In this document: piece by piece, positions 50,135-57,770 of the stretch
How the letters are laid out: each line of letters starts with the position of its first letter
Numbering within the stretch: position 1 is the stretch's first letter
Assembly (NCBI GenBank): GCA_965195285.1
Contig: CBDAFS010000031.1
Location: forward strand, 125,262 to 189,261
Direction of reading: 5' to 3'
DNA from: an uncultured Aminicenantes bacterium
GTDB taxonomy: Bacteria; Acidobacteriota; Aminicenantia; UBA2199
DNA: 64,000 bases
The notes under the pieces: generated by a model
Told to the model about the DNA's origin: nothing
Seen by the model: only the letters and a program-made list of their open reading frames with translations
Databases searched by the model: none
Translations under genes and position numbers: made by a program

Positions 50135-50402
50135 GATCTCCTCTCCTGAAAAATTACCTCTCCCTGTTATGTTTGAGGGAAACTGCGAATTCTTTCCCTT
50201 CTTCAAATTCAATTTTCCGCAATTAAGAAAAAAATGTCAAATTTCCAAGTTTCAAGGCAACGTCCCTCTTTTTTACCATGATACCTTTAATATTCAACCT
50301 GGTAGTCAAAATATAAATGTAGACAAACGCAGATCACCTCGAGAGAGTATTTTTTTAAGATGGAATTGAATTCTAAGAATTAAGTATGGTGTCCCTGGGA
50401 TT

Positions 50403-50792
50403 TTACTCTTTCAAGAGCAGCACCGCCAGGGAGACTTCCGCCGTTCCCAGGGCGAAGTAGAGGATCTGGAGCCAGTGGCCTCCGCCGATCATGTTCACCT
50501 GTACGAAGAGCCAGATGATCAGACCCAGGCCCATGGCCGCCGCAGCCGGTTCAAACAGGCGGTGGCGTTTCAAACCCATGACCAGGGCCAGGAAATGGCC
50601 CAGGCCGATAACTCCGGAGAGTATGAGACCCGGCCAGAAAAAATCAGTGAAGGGCGAGCCCTCCAGCATGGAGACCGGCATCTCCTTTACAATTCCCCGG
50701 GGAAAGACCATCATTATTATCCCGCTGACAATGGCGCTCAGGGCCACAAAACCCAGAAGCCCGATTTCAATGATCCGTACTGTTTTTTTCAT
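50403..50792 (-). CDS. Hypothetical membrane protein
   Basis: Four hydrophobic segments, LEGSPFTDFFWPGLIL; GAGGAG RBS. Confidence 0.75.
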   Translation of the reverse strand: MKKTVRIIEIGLLGFVALSAIVSGIIMMVFPRGIVKEMPVSMLEGSPFTDFFWPGLILSGVIGLGHFLALVMGLKRHRLFEPAAAAMGLGLIIWLFVQVNMIGGGHWLQILYFALGTAEVSLAVLLLKE

Positions 50793-50920
50793 GAACACTC
50801 CTCAGCAAAAAAAAAATGTAAATCCCGTTCCCGGGTTTTTGTAAATAGGTGATTACCATAAAGTCATAAAGTAAGGCACCGTCCCTCGTTTTTTGTTACG
50901 ACTATGCACGGTTTTTTCAA

Positions 50921-52048
50921 TCATTCTTCAAATTTCTTTAGAATCCAATCCAAGGCTGAAATGAATTTTTTAAACTCAGATTCTTTATCAAGTAAGTGTA
51001 ATTGAAAGCTTGGATATTTTTCGATTACTTCTTCTGATAAATTTACTCCCTCAATTGTATTAATCATATTAAGGAGTTCTAATCGATTTTTTTCATCCTG
51101 GAATTGTGGATAAGATTTGAAATTTCCGAATTGTAATTCAACATATCCATTATTAAATCCGGTTCTTACTCCTACAGTCCAGTATGTATTGTTTTTACAA
51201 TCAAACATCGGGTAAAAGGATCCATTATGAATCCCTTCTCCCCACCATAATCTCAAATTTTTACTTTTTGCCCAATCAAGAATATTTTTTGCAACTATTG
51301 CCTCATATTTATCTTCTCTTTGTCGCAGTACTTTCATAAATGATTCTTCATCCCATTTTTTCTTTTTTCTTATTCCCTTCTTCACCTGCGCCTGCTGGGT
51401 TTGGCCCACAACGCGGGGAACCATGGATTTGAAGCCTTCGCCCACAAACTGCTTGATCTCGATGGCAATGACCTCGGCTGGATCCATTTGCTCATTGAGA
51501 AATTCCACGATTCTTTTTAATTCGGAGGGGATGATATCAGCCACAAAAACCAGCCTGACTTTTCCGGCCTGGAGGTTGGTCTTGACCTGCTGCCAGAACT
51601 CTTCCGGGTCGTGCTCCTCTCCGATTAAATTCTGGATCTCCTGGTCCGGGTCGGTTTCATTGGCCTGGCAATGGGCTTCGAATTTACTCTGAATTTTTTC
51701 AATGGGCCAGTAGATGATGGCATTGGCAGCATAGTCCAGCATCTGTCCCACCACTTCCCGGCGAATCCGGGTGTCGCTGCTTCGCTTTACTTCCACCAGG
51801 GTAGGGATGCCGTCCTGGTCCAGAAACAGGTGGTCCACACTCCAGCGGTTTTCCGAATCTTCGGAAGAAATTTCCATCTCCCGGGAAATCAGCAGCCACT
51901 GTCTGGGCTCATCCTGATCAATCTGATCCCCGGCCAGAAGGTCCGGATATTTTTCCAGTAGTTCCTGCAGCAATGCCTCCGAATCATAACTGGCCTCTTC
52001 CATCTTTACCAATTTATCATCCTTAATCAAAAAAATCCCTCCGGACAT
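50921..52048 (-). CDS. NucS/EndoMS-like PD-(D/E)XK nuclease domain protein with variable C-terminal domain
   Basis: SEALLQELL, VDHLFLDQDGIPTLVEVKR...REVVGQMLDYA. Confidence 0.72.
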   Translation of the reverse strand: MSGGIFLIKDDKLVKMEEASYDSEALLQELLEKYPDLLAGDQIDQDEPRQWLLISREMEISSEDSENRWSVDHLFLDQDGIPTLVEVKRSSDTRIRREVVGQMLDYAANAIIYWPIEKIQSKFEAHCQANETDPDQEIQNLIGEEHDPEEFWQQVKTNLQAGKVRLVFVADIIPSELKRIVEFLNEQMDPAEVIAIEIKQFVGEGFKSMVPRVVGQTQQAQVKKGIRKKKKWDEESFMKVLRQREDKYEAIVAKNILDWAKSKNLRLWWGEGIHNGSFYPMFDCKNNTYWTVGVRTGFNNGYVELQFGNFKSYPQFQDEKNRLELLNMINTIEGVNLSEEVIEKYPSFQLHLLDKESEFKKFISALDWILKKFEE

Positions 52049-52101
52049 ATAGTACCTTCTTATTTTGGCAATTGTTTGGTTATTTTTATCATAATAATTA
52101 G

Positions 52102-53277
52102 TTAATATACTTTGACATCATATCCGAAAAATCTAAGTCCACTATTCGAATTCCGGTTTATCATAGGATATTTATCAGGGTAAAACCAAGAAATCAACTC
52201 TTGTATTGACGATTTACCAAAATAAGCTAGATTTTTTTTACATTCTTCCATTCTCTCAATAATATTCACCTCTTTATTATGTAATAACTTATTCCATTCA
52301 TTTATTATTCTATCAGCAGAATTATTTAACGGATTTAGAAATCTTGTTTTATTTAATGGAAAACTTTTCATACAATGTAATGATTTCACGACCGCTTCTA
52401 TGTCTGCTTTATCAAGTAGGTCAATACTCTTTTCATTTAATCTTCCTTGAATTATTTTTATTCTATCTAACCTGTAATCTTCAGTATTCGGATTTCTATT
52501 TAACCAGTTTTTAAAAGCAATAACATATTTTTCAATTTCTCTTTCATGTTGTAAATCTGAAAGAGGACGATATGGTTTTACTAAGTACTTTTTGGAAGGA
52601 ATTTTATCATGTTTATGAAAGAGAAAATCGAAAAATGCATCAATTTCATGTAAAACCGAGAGTTCTTTTAAGAGCCTATTAGTTTTTTTAATATATATAA
52701 TTTTAAAATTATTATAAGCATTCAAATATTTCTCATACTCTTTAAAAACTCTTATTTTTTGTGGCAGTTCTGGTAATTCCCAAAGTTTTTTCAATTTTTT
52801 GTTAGAACCGGGTTCCTCTCGTGAATCTTTTTTCTTTTTTTCAATTGGTTTCCAAAGTGGATCAATTATTGGACTTATTTTCCATAAATTTTGAAATAAA
52901 ATTTCAAGTCCTTCAGGAATCTTTTTGAAGAGAAATCCCAATTCATGACGCCTTTCAAATGCCGCTCCTGTTAGATTTGCAGAAGTCAAAATAGCAGATT
53001 CATCAAAAATATATAATTTGGCATGAATTCCATCAAGTGTTCGAATTTCGCCACTCAACCTAAATTTATTAAATGTTTCCTGATCGATATGGGAACTATT
53101 TCTAATATCAGTTATTAGCTTTTTTTCTACTTGAACATTGTATATCCATTTCGTTCCTAATATTCTTTGAACTTGTGTCCAAGATCCGATAAATGGAGAA
53201 ATAATATAAATTCTTTTCTTGGATTTTTCACAAAATTCTCTAACTGTATTTACAAGGCTTTGTCCATATAGAATCAT
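52102..53277 (-). CDS. Phospholipase D-family (single HKD) nuclease, restriction-endonuclease-like
   Basis: IISPFI, IHAKLYIFDESAILTSANLT...ELG. Confidence 0.75.
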   Translation of the reverse strand: MILYGQSLVNTVREFCEKSKKRIYIISPFIGSWTQVQRILGTKWIYNVQVEKKLITDIRNSSHIDQETFNKFRLSGEIRTLDGIHAKLYIFDESAILTSANLTGAAFERRHELGFLFKKIPEGLEILFQNLWKISPIIDPLWKPIEKKKKDSREEPGSNKKLKKLWELPELPQKIRVFKEYEKYLNAYNNFKIIYIKKTNRLLKELSVLHEIDAFFDFLFHKHDKIPSKKYLVKPYRPLSDLQHEREIEKYVIAFKNWLNRNPNTEDYRLDRIKIIQGRLNEKSIDLLDKADIEAVVKSLHCMKSFPLNKTRFLNPLNNSADRIINEWNKLLHNKEVNIIERMEECKKNLAYFGKSSIQELISWFYPDKYPMINRNSNSGLRFFGYDVKVY

Positions 53278-53346
53278 CTCTCTCTCCTATATAAAATCTA
53301 TTATTTATAAAATAATTAACTAAAATTAAATTCAAAGCAATAAATA

Positions 53347-54468
53347 CTATAATTCTTCAGTTTCACATGACTCTGAAATTTCTTCAAGGTATTCCGGTTT
53401 TATGTATCTTATAATAGTTGATATTTTTTTTACTTCATCTTTTAGTGTGGAGAAAGAAATGTATCTGCATATTTCTAAAAGTGGTGTTTTTAATCTAGAA
53501 AAAGTGGGTCTATTTACTTCTGTTATTACCTTATTTCTTCTATCATCTGGGGCAACAAGATATAATGGCATATTTAAATTTGGCTGCATTGTTATTAAAT
53601 CAGACATGCGTAATAATCCTGAATAGATGGATGTAGTGCTTTCAATTTCAAAAGCAGCAACAATAGCATTCCCTTTCAACCAAAGAACATCTATTAGTTC
53701 AATAGTTTTATTGGTTGCATCATCAAATTGTAATGGGAGTTCATTTTTTATTCGAGATATTTCTAATAATTTCTTTCCCTTATAAATTTTATTTCGATCA
53801 TTTCTTGCCACCCAAACATCGAATCCCATATCGCTTCCAAGCTTCAATAAAATTGCTTGGATTTCAGTATGTTCGTTTACCTCTTTTGTTATTTGTTTGG
53901 GTTGATCCATTATTTCATCTTCTTCTTTTTCCAATTCTTTTTCTGGAATTGTAATAGATCCGATTTTTGTTTTAATTGATCTTGGTCTCCTTAACAGTTT
54001 CTTCTGATCAACCGGTCTAATAATTGGATTTTTTTTTGCTTCAAAAAGAGCATTTACAACTGCTTCTCCATCTTCTTTTTTCCATAATGCTGGTGAACCA
54101 CGGAAATGCCCAGTCCATCCCCTTTTTTTTTCTAGATCTAAAAAGAAACTTAGTTTATCTTTCAATTCATAAACTGGGACAGCAGTTTCAGGTGTAAGCT
54201 CTAAAATGATTTTTGCTTTAACTCTGCATGGGAAAATATCATCTTCCCAGATATATGCATCATCTTTGAAGGCCTCTGAAAAAATTTCCAAAACTCCTAT
54301 AAATCGAGAAACTCCGGTTAAATAACAAAGAAAATAATCACCAATTTTTACTTTTTGTAATATTTTCCACCTAGATTCTCTAAAACCAGAAACATGTCCT
54401 CCTGCTTTTTTAAATTCGATCCAGGATTTCCCTGTAAAAAGATCTAACCAATAATTCCTTTCACTCAT
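53347..54468 (-). CDS. EVE domain + PD-(D/E)XK nuclease (putative modification-dependent restriction)
   Basis: NYWLDLFTGKSW...KIGDYFLCYLTG EVE domain; IDVLW...AFEIESTTSIYSGLLR nuclease motif. Confidence 0.78.
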   Translation of the reverse strand: MSERNYWLDLFTGKSWIEFKKAGGHVSGFRESRWKILQKVKIGDYFLCYLTGVSRFIGVLEIFSEAFKDDAYIWEDDIFPCRVKAKIILELTPETAVPVYELKDKLSFFLDLEKKRGWTGHFRGSPALWKKEDGEAVVNALFEAKKNPIIRPVDQKKLLRRPRSIKTKIGSITIPEKELEKEEDEIMDQPKQITKEVNEHTEIQAILLKLGSDMGFDVWVARNDRNKIYKGKKLLEISRIKNELPLQFDDATNKTIELIDVLWLKGNAIVAAFEIESTTSIYSGLLRMSDLITMQPNLNMPLYLVAPDDRRNKVITEVNRPTFSRLKTPLLEICRYISFSTLKDEVKKISTIIRYIKPEYLEEISESCETEEL

Positions 54469-54659
54469 TAAATTTCCAATTTTTTATTGATATTGAATAA
54501 TTAATATAAATTTTATCACAAACATATTATATTAACTCAACATCCAGAACTCAACATAAAAAACTGATTTCCTTTCCCCTTTCTTCAAAATTAATTATCC
54601 GCAATCAAGAAAAAATTGTCAAATTGTCAAGCACCCTTTTTTTCACGCCTTTTTCACTT

Positions 54660-54899
54660 TTACTCCTCCTTTTTATTATTCTTAAAATAGCCATCTCCAA
54701 TTACCTTTTTGAATGCCTTGCGTGCTTCATCCTCTGTTTTTGCAATTACTTTAAATTTCGCTTTGCGACTCCCAGTATCAATTGGTCTTTTAGGTAATGG
54801 TCCAATAGCTTCTGCAGTTTCATCCTCAGGAAAAAATATACAATCGTATTTCTTCCCATCAATGGTGACGTAAGTTCCTAATTCTTTTAAATTTTCCAT
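54660..54899 (-). CDS. Hypothetical protein (79 aa)
   Basis: GGAGG RBS; follows hsdM in the same orientation. Confidence 0.6.
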   Translation of the reverse strand: MENLKELGTYVTIDGKKYDCIFFPEDETAEAIGPLPKRPIDTGSRKAKFKVIAKTEDEARKAFKKVIGDGYFKNNKKEE

Positions 54900-54934
54900 T
54901 CTTCCTCCAAAAAATTATCTTGTTTCTTTTATTT

Positions 54935-56410
54935 TCATATCTCAGAAATATCCTTATAGATAGCATTAAATTGATCTAAAGCAGATTTTAAATTTTCTGC
55001 GATATCTTTTGCTAAGACATCCGGATTGGGTAGGTTTTCGACGTCTTCGAGGGAGTCGTCTTTGAGCCAGAAGATGTCCATGCTGACTTTATCTCGTTTC
55101 ATCAATTCTTCGTAAGTGAATGATTTGAACCGCTCGGATTCTTGTCGCTGGTGGCGGTTTTGGGTATTGTAACACTGGATGAAATCTTTAAGGTCCTCGA
55201 ATTTTAGGGGACTGGTTTTGAGGGTAAAGTGTTTGTTGGTGCGAAGGTCATAGATCCATAACTTTTCGGTCCAGGGTTTTTCTGAGGCTGGCTTGCGATC
55301 AAAAAACAACACATTGGCCTTGACCCCCTGTGCATAAAAAAGTCCGGTGGGTAAGCGGAGTAGGGTATGGACATCGCATTCGTGAAGGATTTTTTTTCTG
55401 ACTGTTTCCCCGGCTCCTCCTTCAAAAAGCACATTATCCGGAACCACGATACCGGCTTTCCCATGCATTTTCAAAATGGTTTTGACATGCTGAAGAAAGT
55501 TAAGTTGCTTGTTGGAAGTGGTTGCCCAGAAATCCTGGCGCTCATAACTGATGGATTCACGGTCTGCTTTTCCCTCGCCATTAAAAATGGTAATACTGCT
55601 CTTCTTTCCAAAAGGAGGATTGGTCAGCACCACCTCAAACCGTTCTCCGGGATCTGAAGCCAGTGAGTCTCCTACCTGAATGGGGACCTGTTCTTCTTCC
55701 CCAAGTCCATCTCCTCCGATTCCATGTAAATACAGGTTCATCAAACACAGCCGGGCCACACCATCCACAATGTCCCAACCCATGAAGGTTTTGTGTTTTA
55801 AGAATTTTTTTTGTTCGATATCAAGATTATATTTGTGAGATAAAAAATCATGGGCAGCGAGAAAAAAACCACCGGTTCCGCTGGCCGGATCGCAAATCTT
55901 CATTCCAGGTTCCGGGCGGATCACTTCCACCATGGCTTTGATCAAAGGGCGTGGAGTGAAATATTGGCCGGCACCGCTCTTGGTATCTTCGGCATTTTTT
56001 TGGAGTAACCCTTCATAGATTTCACCTTTCACATCAATATCCAATCCAATCCAGGTTTCATCATTGATCAACTTGATCAATCGTTTCAATTTGGCCGGAT
56101 CCTGGATGCGGTTCTGGGATTTGCGAAAGATCATACCTAACATGCCGCTTTTTTTCCCCAATGAAATCAGAATATTTCGATATTGATTTTCTAATTCACT
56201 GCCATCTTTTTTTAGTAAACTTTGCCAGTCAAGATCTTCGGGAATGATGGAGGGTTTTTTGAAGGGTGGTTTGGTTTGTTCGTCAGCCATTTTCAAGAAT
56301 AAAAGATAGGTTAACTGTTCAACATAATCTCCATAACTCACACCATCATCACGTAATACATTACAATAATTCCACAATTTTTGAACGATTGAAGCCGATT
56401 CATTCCCCAT
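54935..56410 (-). CDS. hsdM: Type I R-M N6-adenine methyltransferase subunit
   Basis: GAGQYFTPR, DPASGTGGF, TNPPFG. Confidence 0.95.
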   Translation of the reverse strand: MGNESASIVQKLWNYCNVLRDDGVSYGDYVEQLTYLLFLKMADEQTKPPFKKPSIIPEDLDWQSLLKKDGSELENQYRNILISLGKKSGMLGMIFRKSQNRIQDPAKLKRLIKLINDETWIGLDIDVKGEIYEGLLQKNAEDTKSGAGQYFTPRPLIKAMVEVIRPEPGMKICDPASGTGGFFLAAHDFLSHKYNLDIEQKKFLKHKTFMGWDIVDGVARLCLMNLYLHGIGGDGLGEEEQVPIQVGDSLASDPGERFEVVLTNPPFGKKSSITIFNGEGKADRESISYERQDFWATTSNKQLNFLQHVKTILKMHGKAGIVVPDNVLFEGGAGETVRKKILHECDVHTLLRLPTGLFYAQGVKANVLFFDRKPASEKPWTEKLWIYDLRTNKHFTLKTSPLKFEDLKDFIQCYNTQNRHQRQESERFKSFTYEELMKRDKVSMDIFWLKDDSLEDVENLPNPDVLAKDIAENLKSALDQFNAIYKDISEI

Positions 56411-56411
56411 A

Positions 56412-57770
56412 TTAACCTCGGTTAAAATTAATCTTTTTTTGTTTTCCTTTTTCTCGTTCTTTTTTTATCTTTTCCAAAAGGGCTTGCGCAGAATTTTCAC
56501 CACTGATCAATCCCTGATGTTCTTCCCGCCATTTCTTGGTCAAATTTCCATTAAACGCTTCTCTTAAAATACTCTGTCTCAATTGTTTTGCTTTCCCAAG
56601 ACTCTCATCCACCACTTTCTCAACTCCATCAGCTTTCTCAAACTTTCTCTCAATTTCCTCAACTATTATTTTTTGCATTTCCAATGAAGGATATGAGAAC
56701 TTTAGCAATTCAACATATTTTTTGGGAACACGAAGTTGACCTGCAGTACCCGTCATATTATGTTTTGCATCTTTTCTTGTTGCTTTTTGAATCAAATAAT
56801 AAAACAAAAATTTATTATATATTTTATCTATATTTACTCTAATGACATGAAATTCAGTAGAACCGAAACCGACACCATTCATAAGATTTTCAACAATTGC
56901 TATTTTTCCGTTTTCCATGCAGGGTGTTATTTTTGCAAAAATTAGATCGCCATTCTCAAAACTTGTGTATCCCTTCTTAACTTCAGAATACTTTTTTGTG
57001 ATTGACAAATCAATCTTGCCAGTCTCAACTTCAACAGCTTTCATAGGGAGAAAGCTAACTCCAATATCTTCAAGTAATTCAGTTGAAAGTTTTGGATTTA
57101 TATCAGATATATTTTGTAACTCATCTATATTCCATAATGTTTTATCATTATAGTACTGGTCTTCTTCACTCAAAACTCTTAACTCATTACTCAACATTCG
57201 CTGACGCCAGTCAGTGGTAAGCTTTCCCTCAAATGCAGCCTTCAACACCGCCTGCCGATAACGTTTCAGTTGCGTTTTTACCCTCTCCAATCCCTCCACC
57301 CCAGCATCCAGTTTTTCAAACAATTTCTCAATCCTTTCAACAATATTTTTTTGCTCATGAATTGATGCAATTATTATTTTTAATGAATATGCATCATCAC
57401 GATTTAATCCTGGAATAGCTGTTGATTTCTCAAATTGTTTGAATGAAAAATTTTTTAACATATAATATAAAAAAGAAATATTAACTTGGGTTGGTGGAAT
57501 TAAATAATAAGTTGTATCAATAGGCCAGAAAGGAGTTTTTGATAAATGAACTTTCCCAACGGCTCCTTTTCTACCAATTATAATTCCTTTATTCCCGACC
57601 AGATTTTCAGAATGATATCCAACAATTCCATTTGAACCATAAACCGGTACAGTCCCATGTTTTCTTTTCTTTTTTGTAAGACCTTTTCCATATTCAAGTG
57701 AAAGGATTTTTCCAAATTCAATTCTTATCCATGAACTTGAATATTTAAAGTTAGTACTATTTGAAACCAT
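56412..57770 (-). CDS. hsdS: Type I R-M specificity subunit
   Basis: Two TRDs with conserved helices EQKNIVERIE..RQAVLKAAFEGKL and RQSILREAFNGNL; likely start at 57770. Confidence 0.92.
   Translation of the reverse strand: MVSNSTNFKYSSSWIRIEFGKILSLEYGKGLTKKKRKHGTVPVYGSNGIVGYHSENLVGNKGIIIGRKGAVGKVHLSKTPFWPIDTTYYLIPPTQVNISFLYYMLKNFSFKQFEKSTAIPGLNRDDAYSLKIIIASIHEQKNIVERIEKLFEKLDAGVEGLERVKTQLKRYRQAVLKAAFEGKLTTDWRQRMLSNELRVLSEEDQYYNDKTLWNIDELQNISDINPKLSTELLEDIGVSFLPMKAVEVETGKIDLSITKKYSEVKKGYTSFENGDLIFAKITPCMENGKIAIVENLMNGVGFGSTEFHVIRVNIDKIYNKFLFYYLIQKATRKDAKHNMTGTAGQLRVPKKYVELLKFSYPSLEMQKIIVEEIERKFEKADGVEKVVDESLGKAKQLRQSILREAFNGNLTKKWREEHQGLISGENSAQALLEKIKKEREKGKQKKINFNRG

Larger units (their letters stand above)
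27548..54640 (+). repeat. Dispersed, co-oriented boundary motif ((C/A)CGTCCC(C/T) / TGTCCCC / CTGACCCC + T-run), about 30 copies
   Basis: Examples at 28790, 36860, 38667, 40741, 40787, 40811, 42791, 42919, 43363, 44797, 44814, 45438, 45482, 46664, 46701, 47942, 48049, 48082, 48098, 49113, 50260, 50389 and 50878; all on + and all at gene boundaries. Confidence 0.8.

Noticed and set aside
36813-54640. CRISPR array or classical integron as the explanation for the recurring repeats
   Set aside because: The repeats are irregularly spaced and separated by whole genes; no cas or intI gene; no RYYYAAC...GTTRRRY attC palindromes recognised.
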